The notes: generated from the sequence alone by a model not told the origin. 64,000 bases of DNA from Octopus sinensis (GCF_006345805.1 NC_043004.1:105896001-105960000); one strand, 5' to 3'. Shown: positions 48,704 through 61,469, counted from the stretch's first letter. A program made the numbers and translations.

Positions 48704-49103
48704 CAGGTGTAGGTGTGGCTATGTAGTAAGAAGCTTGCTTCCCAAACACATGGTTCCAGGTTCAGTCCCATTGTATGGTACCTCAGGCAAGTGTCTTCTA
48801 CTATAGCCTTGAGCCAACCAAAGGCTTGTGAGTGGATTTGGTAGACGGAAACTGAAAGAAGCCTGTCATATATATATATATATTTATATGTGTATATGTC
48901 TGTGTGTTTGTCCCCCCCACCATCGCTTGACAACCGAGGTTGGTGTGTCTATGTCCCCATAACTTAGTGGTTTGGCCAAAGGGACCAATAGAATAAAGAT
49001 TAGGTTTACAAAGAATAAGTCCTGGGGTTGATTTGTTCGAATAAAGGCAGTGCTCCAGCATGGCCAGAGTCAAATGACTGAAGCATGTAAAAGACTAAAA
49101 GAA
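48704..49103 (+). mobile_element. SINE family A, full length
   Basis: A/B boxes, core, microsatellite and tail present. Confidence 0.9.
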
Positions 49104-49681
49104 TATATATATATATACACACATACACACACACACACATACACACAAATACATAGATATATAGATATATATATATATGTATGTATTTGGGAACTGTCAC
49201 AACATTGCGTATATCTTCTGTAATGTTGCTACATTTTCTTTGATGTGTATTTTAGTGATGATACTGGTTCTGATTTTCTTTTTACTTTTTTTTCTCAGTT
49301 CTTACAGCAATTCCTCCACTCGTATTAACCTTTTAAACAATTTCTTTCAAAACCTTTTCCATTTTGAATTGATTTAATACATCAATGTTCTTTTCCAAAT
49401 AAATCAACTGCCTTGATATATCTGGAAGTTTATTATTAATCATAAAAATATTTAACTAAGTATTAAAAAAATATCTTTAATCTATGTGATATGGACCCTT
49501 GGGAGGTCCATGTAAGATTTTGTTGTTAAAATTTATAAGCAATAAATTGGTTAAACATCTTCAATACACAAAATATTTTGACAATTTTTTTATACAATTC
49601 CTAATATTATTTAGGAACTGTAAGAAAAAAATTGTTAAAACATGTTGTGTATTGCAGATATATAGCCAAGTTGTTGCTCAT

Positions 49682-50012
49682 AAGGCACATGGCTCAGTGG
49701 TTAGATCATCAGGCTCACAATCGTGAAGTAATGAGTTTGATTCCTGGACCAGGTTGTGTGTTGTGCTCTTGAGCAAGACACTTTGTTTCACATTGCTCCA
49801 GTTCACTCAGCTGTAGAAATGAGTTGCGACATCACTGGTGCCAAGCTGTATCAGCCTTTGCCTTTCCCTTGGCTAACATCAGTGGCATTGAGAGGGGAGA
49901 TAGGTATGCATGAGTGACTGCTGGTCTTCCATAAACAACCTTACCTGGACTTGTGCCTTGGAGGAGAATGTTCTAGATGCAAACCCATGGTCATTCATGA
50001 CTGAAGGGGGTC
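49682..50012 (+). mobile_element. tRNA SINE, head X with an alternative tail
   Basis: Head matches 56247 up to CACTCAGCTG; tail AAATGAGTTGCGAC...TCATTCATGAC matches 19211-19400. Confidence 0.85.
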
Positions 50013-50037
50013 CGTATAATATTTAATTATAATAATA

Positions 50038-50582
50038 TTGGGTTGTCCGGAAAGTCCATGCCGATTTATAGTAGCTTACCTTTCGACTTATTTTAGAACA
50101 TAAAATAGGATTTGACTACACCTCCATTTAGAGCACAGTTTAAGCTATCTTTACATGGTAGAAGGTTTATGTTCCTATAACCTGTGTTAATTCTGTAACC
50201 CTTTAAAATGGAAGACAAGAAAGTTCATTTTCGGCACTTGATGCTTTGGGAACCATGCTGCAGCTTGGCTGGGATGTGTAACCCCACACTCCATATTCAA
50301 CAGATATTGCTCCTTCAGATTTCCACTTATTCAGGTCTCTGCAGAATAGTCTTAATGGTAAAAATTTCAATTCCTTGGATGATGTAAAAAGATACCTTGA
50401 TGAATTCTTTGCCATGAAACCACCTCAATTCTGGGAAGAGGGTATTTTCAAGTTAAAGGAAAGATGGAGATGCATTGTGCAACAAAATGGTTCATATTTG
50501 GTTGATTAAAAGTGTAATGGCAAGTATTTATTGACCTTTTTCTTTCCTTTAAAAATCGGCACAAACTTTCCGGACAACCCAA
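50038..50582 (+). mobile_element. Internally deleted mariner transposon with intact TIRs and TA TSD
   Basis: TIRs TTGGGTTGTCCGGAAAGT..TGCCGATTT and AAATCGGCA..ACTTTCCGGACAACCCAA, with TA on both sides. Confidence 0.95.
50208..50509 (+). pseudogene. Mariner transposase remnant (N-terminus joined out of frame to the C-terminus)
   Basis: MEDKKVHFRHLMLWE, then in a shifted frame LQLGWDV*PHTPYSTDIAPSDFHLFRSLQNSLNGKNF...ERWRCIVQQNGSYLVD* (YSPDLAPSD-type motif). Confidence 0.92.
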
Positions 50583-50951
50583 TATAATAGGATTTTTTTT
50601 TCTCAACATGGGGGTCCATTAGAGTAAAATAGGATTCAAAAGGGGTTCATAAGAAAAAAAAGTGATTGCGAGTCACTGGTTTAGCACTAGGGGCCACCTC
50701 ACAATTGAAGAAATGAAATAAAAGTAGAAGTAAAGTCAAATCAAAAACCAAAATGGAAACAGCAAAGTGGTGTTTGAATATATGCAAAATACAAAAGAAA
50801 AAATACAACCAAAACCATGAAAGCATCTTGTAAAGTGATGGACGACTATACATATACACATGTATGCAAACGCTTTTGTTTATATATGCACACATAAACA
50901 CATATTGCTATATGTTTGTGTTTAAATATTTATACACAAGCATTCACACAT

Positions 50952-50989
<38 letters not shown>

Positions 50990-51699
50990 GCGTACACAAA
51001 TGAACTTTATTTTTTAATCAGTGAAATCTGGTGTTTTGAGAGATTGCTGTAGAAATTGGAGCTGATGGCAAATCTCCAAAGTTATTTTATAAACAAGACC
51101 TTAAGAAAACAGTTTCTCATTCTCTGACTAAATTTGGCCTATGGAGACAAATGTTACATCCTGTTTTAAACAGTTATTTTATATATATATTCCTTTCATT
51201 CTTCAATTTTATCCTTTCTTTCAGTTATTTTGTGTGTGTGTGTGCACTTCCGCTTTTCATGTATTTTGTTTCTTTTCATTCTTCATCTTTTTCATTCTTC
51301 ATTTTTACCATCCTTAATTTTTTACATCTTCTTTGTTTTGTTTCAATACATTTTGTTTTCCCATTCTTTGCCCTTTATGTTTTTTCTTTTTTCTTTTGGT
51401 GGGGTGTTTTTAATTTTGTCTTTTTTTCCTTTCTTTTCTTTCCATTCTTCTTCTTCATCATACAAAACTTAAGAAATCTTCTCCACTACAACCCTCTTAT
51501 CACTTGTCTGCTTCATCATTCCATCCATTGCTATCTTTTTTTTTCTTCTCACCTTCAACTTTCCCTATGAACCCTGACCCTCCCCCAACATCTTTTACTG
51601 TTGGATAATTCTCTGGAAAGACTGCTGTTGCTCAATCGTCTGACAATGTATTGACATCAACCTATACCTGCCATAGATCCGATCTTTTATCTTTTACTT

Positions 51700-52128
51700 A
51701 CTTCAGTTATTTGATTGCGACCAAGCTGGGGCACCAACTTTAGAGAGTTTAGTCAAACAAATTGCTCCCAGTACCTTTTTTTTTCAAGCCTGATACTTAT
51801 TATGTCAAACTCTTTTGCCGAACCACTAAGTTATGGGGACATAAACATAAACAAACCAACACCAGTTGTCAAGCAGTGGTAGTGGACAAACACAAAGACA
51901 CACACATACATATTCACTTAGACATAATACATACACACACACATATACACACACACATTTATATATGTATGTATATACATGTCAATGAATGAGTTACATA
52001 ATCACTTTCTTGAGCTTACATCTGTTTCTGCTCTAAGAAACAGTGTACTCAGAGCTGAGTGCTTGTGCAACATCTTGTATACTCTCTCTCTCTTTCTCTC
52101 ACTCTTTTCTTCATTCTCTCCTTCCCCC

Positions 52129-52188
<60 letters not shown>

Positions 52189-52410
52189 TTCTATATCTTC
52201 TAGAGAGAGAAAGGAAGAAAAAGTATAACAATGTGTGTGAGAGAGGGGGAGGAGGAGGAGGATTGTCATCATCATCATGGCATTTGCAGCTGCCACTGCT
52301 GACACCACTTTGGTTGGCCCAGTACTATAGCAGAAGACACTTGCCCTAGGTGCTGTGCAATGGGACTGAACCCAAAACCACATGATCAAGAAGTGAACAT
52401 TCTAACTATA
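51700..52410 (-). mobile_element. SINE family A tail (51700-51905) and head (52300-52410) separated by microsatellites
   Basis: Both halves match family A on the minus strand. Confidence 0.7.
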
Positions 52411-53124
52411 TGCACATGCCTTTGCTATTTTCCGTATCTCAGTCACTGGACTGTGATAACGCCACTGCACTACTTTCAAGAGTATTGCTGGTTGTTACTG
52501 ACCCCAGTCCTTGATTGGCACTTACTTAAAATGACGCTTGAAGAACATAAAGCAAAAATCCAATCTTGGCAGGATTTGAACTCTGAATGTAATGAGACAT
52601 AACAGAATACCACAAAGCGATTTTGTCTGACACTCAAGAGAGCTAACACAGGTTACATAACAACTATAACTACAACAGGTAATAACACAAGCCACCACAA
52701 AGTCTCACCTTTATCGTTGAACCTGGTGAACAACAGCAATCATAAAGATGTAGCTAATGAACTTGTGCTGCTGTTTTGTTCTCCATTGTTTTTAACAGCA
52801 AGTATAGAATGATGCTGGTGATGATGGTGATGATGACTGATGATGATAGTTGTAATGGTGCTAATGGTGATGACACTAGTGATGTGACAGTGTTGGTGAT
52901 GATGTTGATTGCAAACTTTTTATCCACACCAGAGTTGTTGTGGTCTACAGCAAATCATATATCTTACTGTGTTATTTGTTGGTCTGTAAAGTTTTCCTTA
53001 TGAATATTTTGGACCATCTCCTAAAAATGGTTATGTAACACTGCTCTCTAGCACAGGCACATTGCTGTACTCAAGACAACACGTCCACCACAACAGAACA
53101 GAATTGGTATCCTAAAACTACCTT

Positions 53125-53375
53125 GGTAATGCTTGCCCGTGAATGGCATTGGTGTTGGCACCACATAAAACGCACTGGTGTTGGTGCCATGTAAAAAGCA
53201 CCCTGTACACACTAAAAAAGTGTATGAAGGGCATCCAGCTGTAGAAACCAAACCATAATGGACTATGAAACCTAGTGTGACTTTTGGCTCTGCCAGCTCC
53301 TGTCAGACTATTTTCAACCCATGCCACCATGGAAAACAAACATTACATGATGACGATAATGATGATGATGAGTTT
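53125..53375 (+). mobile_element. Family C with short 5' modules
   Basis: GGTGCCATGTAAAAAGCACC modules, core and (GAT)n tail. Confidence 0.82.
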
Positions 53376-53882
53376 TAAGTTCAGAGCCTCTTGTTAGCCA
53401 AATAAAATATCTCTTTTCTTAAGCCCTTTGCTTCCTATGGAGCATAGGCCATTGACGTCTTTCTTGTACTGCTCTCAACAATGGGCGTTTTGCTTTTCGA
53501 ATTATCATTGATGCTTACATATTTTCTAGACAGAAATGTTGACCTCTGGGAAGTAGCAGTCAATATTAGTCTGACCTCTACCTGTTGACCTGTCCAGCAT
53601 AGAAGGTCCTACCAGAATTTTCTGTTCCACTAGCGTAGCTCTCAGGGTCATTGAGACACAAAAGTCACCACATCACAAAGACTGGACACTTGTGGGGAAG
53701 AATAAAATATATATTGCTCAAATCATGTACACTTAATTCTATGAATTAGTTTACTAAACAGGTGGAATAAGTAACAACCTATCAGAAACGTTTTTGTGGT
53801 TGTTAGGCTTTAGATTATCCCTGATCAAGCAGATCTATGCTTAATTTCATTCCAGCCATAACCATCTTGTTTTTTATGGGCA

Positions 53883-54282
53883 CATCATCATCATCATCGT
53901 TTAATGTCTACTTTCCATGCTAGCATGGGTTGGACGATTTGACTGAGGGCTGGCGAACCAGAAGGCTGCACCAGGCTCCAATCTTGATCTGGCAGAGTTT
54001 TCTACAGCTGAATGCCCTTCCTAACGCCAACCACTCCGAGAGTTTAGTGGGTGCTTTTACGTGCCACGGAAGCCAGTTAGCCACTCTGGCAATGATCACG
54101 CTCAGATGGTGCTCTTAGCACCCTACTAGCACGGGGCACAAGTGCCAGTAAGGCGATGCTGGTAACAATCACACTCGAATGGTGCCTTTTATGTGCCACT
54201 GGCACGGAAGCCAGTTAGCCGCTCTGTCAACGATCACACTCATATGGTGCTCTTTGCACCCCGCTAGCACGGATGCCAGTCA
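53883..54282 (-). mobile_element. Family C with a different 5' module array
   Basis: GGAAGCCAGTTAGCC.CTCTG.CAA.GATCAC repeated at ~54068 and ~54206. Confidence 0.9.
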
Positions 54283-55157
54283 TCGAATCTAGACCTATAT
54301 TATCTAGTATGTTCTTTCTTTGCTTTAGACAATAGCACATGATTTGAGAAAGATTTGGCTGTTGTTTCTAGCAGGTTGAATGATCACATAGAGGTTTCTG
54401 CATTGACTCATTAAATGTTGCAGGCTCCTTTAGGAAACAAACCACCTGGAATTAATATCTGAGGTGCACTGGCCACTTTTCCATGCAAATATTTGCCTTT
54501 GATTAAATGTAATACTATGAAACTGTATCTAAGCCTCCCTTTGCAACTCCTGAGGTTATTTACCTTATTCTACACTCACTGCAACTCGAAGGTAATTTAC
54601 AAACCACCCCAAACAACCCCAAACACACAGGCACTACTAAACAGGAAGCGAAAGGTAAAAAAATTCTATGTAGGCTAATCTATCCAAGATATGATTATTC
54701 CTAAAAATCTTCTGAGAAACATCTGGCCACTTTTGGTAAAAGTCTTCCCTTCCAGCTCTCGGTAGTGTGCAGCTCACTAAGTTTGGCCAAACACAAACAA
54801 ACCTCTCAGTTAGTTAGTCAGTAATGTTAAAGATTATGTAGGAGTCGGGTGGGGAGAGCAGTTAATTTCATTTTGTAGCAACACAACAATTACTATAATA
54901 CTACTAATAATAATAATAAAATAATAAAAATAATGATAATATGCAAACTGATATTAGGTAAGAGGAGGAGGTGCTAACGGGAATTGTAATCTAAATATTT
55001 AGCTGAAGATAGCAAATGCTGCCATTTTAATATGTTAAGTGAGCAGAAGGAAAATGTAAACACATATTTTCCTCTTCTGAATCATTAACCCTTCCAAATA
55101 TGCCGGACTATAGTGACCTAAATATTTTGCTGTTATTATGCAATTGCATCAGAAAAA

Positions 55158-55292
55158 TGAGTCAGTGACCACTTCAGGAATTCTGGGACAGTCACGTGAC
55201 AGGAAATGGATTGTTTGTGACTGACTGATAAACATTCTGAGAATTGATGCTGACCAAATCAGATGAAGTAGTTGGATGTTTTCACTTAGTCA
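55158..55292. promoter_or_regulatory. Candidate enhancer: AP-1, palindromic E-box, ETS, GATA and STAT motif cluster
   Basis: TGAGTCA 55158-64, GTCACGTGAC 55191-200, CAGGAAAT 55200-07, TGATAA 55226-31, TTCTGAGAA 55235-43 and TTAGTCA 55286-92 in non-repeat sequence. Confidence 0.4.
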
Positions 55293-55444
55293 TCAGTGGT
55301 TCCTGTCTCTTTAATGATATTGCATTGCGTCTAAAGACAAGAGGTTAATAGTTCACATTAGCGATGATAAACCAAGACCATGATTTCTGAGTTCAAACCC
55401 AGTATGAGCAGAATAAAATATATTTCATATATATATATATATAA

Positions 55445-55690
55445 TCATCATCATCATCATCATTTAGCGTCTGCTTTCCATGCTAGCATGGGTTGGACGG
55501 TTCAACTGGGGTCTGGGAAGCCAGAAGGCTGCATCAGGCCCAGTCTGATCTGGCAGTGTTTCTACGGCTGGATGCCCTTCCTAACGCCAACCACTTCGTG
55601 AGTGTAGTGGGTGCTTTTTACATGCCACCCGCACAGGTGCTAGACAGAGCTGGCAAACGGCCACGGACGGATGGTGCTTTTTACGTGCTA
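55445..55690 (-). mobile_element. Family C
   Basis: Well-preserved reverse complement of tail and core. Confidence 0.9.
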
Positions 55691-55983
55691 TATATATATA
55701 TATACATCTGTAAATGTAATATGTGACAATTATTCGTTATCATGGTTACCAAATAATTGTCACATATTACATTTACAGACAAATTCCTCTATTTACATAA
55801 TATCGAGGTCTCTTTCTTTCTTTTGTTGCATTACCATTTTTATCAATATATATATAACTTATTTAAAATATAAATTATGCACTTTGACTGTACACTTAAG
55901 ACCATACACACATTTTCAACCTAACACTTGAAAGTAAGCACCAGCCCATTTTAAATGATGTTGTTGTTGTTGTTGTTGTTGTT

Positions 55984-56147
55984 GTTGGCATAGCAAGAGT
56001 GTGTTGTGTCTCCCAAGGCAGCCCTTGAGTTTCCTTCCTCTCTATACAGTCTTATACAACAGACCTAAAAGTGCGAGCCTCATAAAAGTGTTGCCCAGAG
56101 CAGACCCTACACTCTACTCCAACCCTCTCATCCTGGCTATGCTACTG
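55984..56147. mobile_element. ~160-bp MITE, same family as 27446
   Basis: Starts TTGGCATAGC and ends GCTATGCTACTG; interior collinear with 27446-27605. Confidence 0.55.
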
Positions 56148-56246
56148 GTCAAACAGATCTATAATCTAAGCCCTTTAAGTTGCAACCATCTTGACCTTTT
56201 ATGGATATTATATAGGACTATATATGTCATTTTCTTTAGATAGTGT

Positions 56247-56490
56247 GCAGGCATGTGGCTCAGTGGTTAGAGTGTTGGACTCTTGTTTGTGAGGTTGTGG
56301 TTTCAATTCCTGGACCTGGTGGTGCATTGTGTTCTTGAGCAAAACACTTCATTTCACATTGATTCAGTCCACTCAGCTGGCAAAAATTAGTAATCCCATG
56401 ATGGACTGGCGTCTCATCCAGGTGGGGAATATGTATGCCAGGAAACTTGGAAACTGGCTCCAATGGGTCGGTATGACTCGAGAAGATAAC
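56247..56490 (+). mobile_element. tRNA SINE, head X with V-domain-like tail
   Basis: A box TGGCTCAGTGG, B box GTTTCAATTCC, TTGAGCAAAACAC core, GATGGACTGGCGTCTCATCCAGG. Confidence 0.85.
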
Positions 56491-57030
56491 TTTACCATTT
56501 TTCTTTTAGTTATTTGTGTGTGTTTTGAGGGAGATTTGGCTGCTACTTCTAGCATGTTGAATGACTACATAGAGTTTGCCACATTGGATCATAAAACTCT
56601 TTATGATCTTCCAGAAATGGATATATCTGGAATGGATATTTGAGGTGGATTGGCCAAATTTCTGTGCAAATATTTGCCTTTTTTTAGCTTAATGCAATGA
56701 ATCTGTACCTATGCACCTTTCCTGAGGGTATTTACCTCACATTCCATTCACTGCAATAATTAAGATAATTTACAATCCATCCTACTCACTCAAACAATCA
56801 CAGAGTGATTAACTTCAAAGATGTAAACAATAGTAAAGCTGTAAGACTCCAACAAACTTGTTAACTTGCAGTGCCGTGTTCAATTCCTGTTGTGGATATA
56901 TTGAAATATTTGAATTTAAGAATGATTTCAGCTAAGCTAACTTGCTCTGCAACAATGGCTCTTTTTGCATAAGGACCCTTTTGGTTCCTATCTTACTCTA
57001 CTGGACCCTTAATAAATATTCAATGTTTCA

Positions 57031-57444
57031 GGCATAGGAGTGGCTGTGTGGTACGTAGCTTGCTTACAAACCACATGGTTCCGGGTTCAGTCCCACTGTG
57101 TGGCACCTTGGGCAAGTGTCTTCTACTATAGCCTCAGGCCGACCAAAGCCTTGTGAGTGGATTTGGTAGACGGAAACTGAAAGAAGCCCGTCGTATATAT
57201 GTATATATATGTATGTGTGTATATGTTTGTGTGTCTGTGTTTGTCCTCCCAACATTGCTTGACAACCGATGCTGGTGTGCTTACGTCCCTGTAACTTAGC
57301 GGTTCAGCAAAAGAAACCAATAGAACAAGTACTAGGCTTACAAAGAATAAGTCCCGGGGTCGATTTGCTCGATTAAAGGCGGTGCTCCAGCATGGCCAGT
57401 CACATGACTGAAACAGGTAAAAGAGTAAAAAGGAGTAAAAGAGT
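57031..57444 (+). mobile_element. tRNA-derived SINE family A, young full-length copy
   Basis: A box TGGCTGTGTGG 57041-51, B box GGTTCAGTCCC 57084-94, CORE-like CCTTGGGCAAGT, internal microsatellite, AAAGAGT tail. Confidence 0.92.
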
Positions 57445-58019
57445 ATTATTAGAAATTGTATAAAAAATTGTTAGAATATTTTTATGTGACACATTGTTGT
57501 GGTACATTGTTGTACTCAAGAAGACCCACCCACAACAACAGAATTAATATCCTAAAACCAAGGTGCCACGTAAAAAGCACTGGTGATGGTGCCACGTAAA
57601 AACCACCCAGTACACTCTGTACAATGGTTTAACATGAGGAAACCAAACCATGCACACACATATTCGTACACATACACACATGCACCCAATCATATACACA
57701 CTCTTGTGAACATACACTTGTGTGTGTAGTTAATATATTTCCAATTGGGTTGAAATAAGAAAATATATATAAAAGAACAAAAACCTTGGTCCTGTTCTGT
57801 ATGAACTGGAGTGTTGTTAATTTTACCTGACTGTCTCAGGTGGGAAGATTAAATACACTTCTAAATAAATGTTACAGTCTTCATATCACCCCTCAATATT
57901 TACTTGTATCATTATATCTCATGTAAATAAAGAAACGAATTGAGGAGTGACAATGAGGACAATTGTAATTACAACTACTATAACAGGTTGAGCAACCTCA
58001 GTCTCTATGTGGTTGCTGA

Positions 58020-58245
58020 ATGTGCTAAAAATAGCTGTCAAATCTCCCTTCATTATTGCCTTACCATCTTAAAACAGAAATAGGTATGTACACATTGGAT
58101 AATGTAAACAGCCCTAGATGCACTCTGCCTTGCCTAATAAAAGCACAGACAGATGGTCACAGCTGTAGTGCTTTTAAGCATAGATCTCCTTTATCAGGAC
58201 TGACCTGGTACTTAACAACAAGATTAACAACAACAATAATAATAA
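58020..58245 (+). mobile_element. SINE family F tail (AATAGCAGCCAAATCTCCC ... (AAC)n)
   Basis: Related pieces at 3555-3995, 8120-8300 (+) and 2620-2720, 53800-53880, 54295-54400, 60425-60490 (-). Confidence 0.65.
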
Positions 58246-58409
58246 TAACAATGATTTCAAAATAAATACAAAGCCACAGGATTTTTTAATAGGAATGTAA
58301 TATAGTAATTTATATTGACTGCAGTATTTGGCTGATATTTTAGTTTATCATCTCCAGAATGATAAAGATAAGGTTGAGCTTGACAGGATTTTGACATAAA
58401 GGGCCATAT

Positions 58410-58782
58410 CTTTTATATGTTTCAGTCACTAGACTGCAACCATTCTGGGGCACCACCTTAAAAAGTTTTAGTTGAACAAAGCGTCCCCAGTATTTATATA
58501 TTTCTTTTCTTTTGAGCCTGATACTTATTCTATCAATCTCTTTTGACAAACTGCTCTGTTACAGAGATGTAAGCACACCACTACCGGTTGTCAAGTGGTT
58601 GTGGGGGACAAACACAGACACAAAGACATGCACGCACACACACATATATGACAAGCTTCTTTCAGTTTCCATCAACCAAATCTACTCACAAGGCTTTGGC
58701 CAGCTCAAGGCATAGTAGGAGACACTTGCCCAAAGTGACATGCAGTGGGACTGAACCCAGAACCATGTGGTTAGGAAGCAAT
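58410..58782 (-). mobile_element. SINE family A
   Basis: Reverse complement of tail, body and most of the head. Confidence 0.85.
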
Positions 58783-58902
58783 TACCAATTTACAATTGGC
58801 ATAAAGAACATTTTTTTTTTTTACCTGAAATCTATGGCCATTACATACACATGTGAGGCGACAACCATTCAAACAAGTCATCTTTTACAAATATCCTTTA
58901 CA

Positions 58903-59282
58903 TTTTACTTGTTTCAGTCATTGGACTGTGGCCATGCTGGAGCACTGCCTTGAAGGGTTTTAGTCAAACATCTCACCAACAGTATTTATTTTCATTTTAA
59001 CTGGTACTTATTCTATCAGTCTCTTTTGCCAAACTGCTAAGTTACAGGGAGATTAATCAAACCAACACCAATTGTCAAGCAGCAAGGAGACACCAAACAC
59101 ACACACACACACATAACAGGCTTCTGCACAGTTCCCATCTACCAAATTCACTCACAAGGCATTGGTCAGCCCTGGGCTACAGTAGGAGATACTTGCCCAA
59201 AGTACTGCACAGTGGGACTGAACCTGAACCTAAAAGCTCATGGCTGCAAAGCAAGCTTCTTAACTACACAGCCATACCTGCA
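58903..59282 (-). mobile_element. SINE family A, full length
   Basis: Reverse complement of the family A consensus. Confidence 0.87.
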
Positions 59283-59412
59283 TCTCTGCAAATTTTTAGA
59301 GATAAGATTTTATTATATTATTAGACCGCTGTGAATTCCTTTATCAAGTTTAATAGTCCCACCAGTCATCTCTGTACAACAGTTTCAGCATATTACAAAT
59401 ACAAATGTATCA

Positions 59413-59575
59413 TCATCATCGTTTTACGTCTGTTTTCCATGCTGGCATGTGTTGGACAGTTCAACTGGGGTTGGGAAGCCAGGAGGCTGCACCAGACCCC
59501 AATCTGATCTGGTAGTGTTTCTACAGCTGGATGCCCTCCGAGAGTGTAGTGGATGCATTTTACATGCCACCAGCA
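59413..59575 (-). mobile_element. Family C with internal deletion
   Basis: Tail and core; the TTCCTAACGCCAACCAC block is missing. Confidence 0.85.
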
Positions 59576-59634
59576 ATACATATATGTGTGTGTGTATTTA
59601 TACATACATTCTTACATATATATATATATATTAT

Positions 59635-59846
59635 TTCTTTATTGCTCACAAGGGGCTAAACATAGAGGGGACAAACAAGGACAGACAAAGGGATTAAGTC
59701 GATTACATCGACCCTAGTGCGTAACTGGTACATAATTTATTGACCCCTGAAATGATGAAAGGCAAAGTTGATCTCGGCAGAATTTGAACTCAGAACGTAA
59801 CAGCAGTTTCACCCGGTGTGCAAACATTTCTGCCAGCTCGCCACCT
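59635..59846 (-). mobile_element. SINE family B variant with a different 3' tail
   Basis: Head and core match family B; tail TTATTGCTCACAAGGGGCTAAAC differs. Confidence 0.85.
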
Positions 59847-59860
59847 TTATATATATATAT

Positions 59861-59992
59861 TGGTGCCTGATGAGCATACACATGTACAGGAAACTATTAA
59901 TAATGCGATAAGTACATGTGGTGGAAACATTTAATAATATTGAATTCTCGTTGGATGGGGTACTCTTCGTATTGACTTTTACACAGTTAATT

Positions 59993-59996
<4 letters not shown>
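59861..59996 (+). repeat. Insert in (TA)n with hammerhead-like remnants
   Basis: CTGATGAG 59867-74, perfect 9-bp stem CACATGTAC/GTACATGTG, then GAAACAT at 59924; stem I does not pair. Confidence 0.3.
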
Positions 59997-60053
<57 letters not shown>

Positions 60054-60077
60054 ATATATATATATACATATATATAT

Positions 60078-60151
<74 letters not shown>

Positions 60152-60165
60152 GTATCTATGAACAT

Positions 60166-60232
<67 letters not shown>
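59997..60232. repeat. Long (TA)n tract
   Basis: Direct reading. Confidence 0.98.
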
Positions 60233-60509
60233 GTATCAGAAGGATGGGAGCCTTATTGAGCATCCAGTTTTTTTTTTATCTTGTCCTTGTTTGTTTAATA
60301 GGAGCTATAGATTTGAGATAAGTGGATCATCTTTAAATGTCATAGAGTAGCCAAAACTTTTGTTACTATCCTTTCCCACCTTCTAGCAATTGCCATTAAA
60401 GCTGTCCTGGTTATTTTATTGTTTGGCTCCAGGTCAGTCCTGACCCGGCAGACCAGAAGCTGAAGGTGTTACATCTGAGACCAATCTGGTGGAAATTTCA
60501 ATTGATTAT

Positions 60510-60715
60510 CTTCTACCTGTTTCTATCATTGGACTGCAGCAATGCAGGGACACCACTTTGAAAGATTTTAGTCAAACAAATCAACCCAATACTTATTTAG
60601 TTTCTTTAAGCCTGGTAATTATTCTATCAGTTTCCATTGACAAACTGTCAAGTTATGGTGATGTAATCAGACACCAGTAGTCAAACAATAGAGGGAGAAA
60701 AATGCAAAGACACAT
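60510..60715 (-). mobile_element. SINE family A, 3' half
   Basis: Tail and body motifs on the minus strand. Confidence 0.75.
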
Positions 60716-61394
60716 ACTCTTACATGAACATACATATTTACATACATATATACAAGCATGCATGCATACATGCATGATGTACATATATATATATATATGG
60801 TTGCTGTTTCTAGCAGATTAAGTAACCACATGGATGTTTCCTTATTGGACACCAAAGAACATGTTTTATGACAATCTAATTAGTCTTCGATTTCCTTTAT
60901 TACTTATTCTTTATATTTCTTTCATCACATTTTATTTAACAGTACATTCCTGTCTTTTTTCTTTTTTAATTCCTTCTCATTCACATTTCTAATCTTGCAC
61001 TTCTTCCTCTTTGATGACAGCAATTTTTATTCCCAAAGTTGCCCGAATTTCCACATGACTGGAACTTGTAATCTACTGAAATAAGAAAATCCCCCCCCAC
61101 ACACACACACACACGTAGTTATATAGGTATACGTTTGTATGTGTGTGTGTGTGTGTGTGCATGCCTGCGCGCATGTATGAACATAATTGGATGTATGTAT
61201 GCAAATGTTTGTATGTATGTATGTATGTATGTATGTATGTATCTATCTATCTATCTATTTGTATGTGTGTGTGTGTATTTGTGTGTAAGCACACACTCAT
61301 ATATCTAAGCATAACACACATACAGATAAATAACTGCATGTACATATGTATGCTTGTAGAAAAATATGTGAGTGTATGTTTGTATACACACACA

Positions 61395-61402
61395 TATATA
61401 TG

Positions 61403-61438
<36 letters not shown>

Positions 61439-61469
61439 ATATATATTATATATATATATATATATATAA

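Larger units (their letters stand above)
49480..50678. mobile_element. hAT MITE (3650 family, reversed) split by a SINE and a mariner
   Basis: 49490-49590 and 50015-50037 plus 50585-50678 match the two halves of the reverse complement of 3650-3898. Confidence 0.65.

Noticed and set aside
50203-50415. Minus-strand 70-aa ORF
   Set aside because: Antisense shadow of the mariner transposase remnant.
51151-51570. 139-aa Phe-rich ORF resembling a membrane protein
   Set aside because: Low-complexity T-rich tract with no domain motif or splice support.
57031-57110. tRNA genes at A/B-box heads
   Set aside because: No convincing cloverleaf or T-run terminator; each head continues into a SINE body repeated many times in the window.
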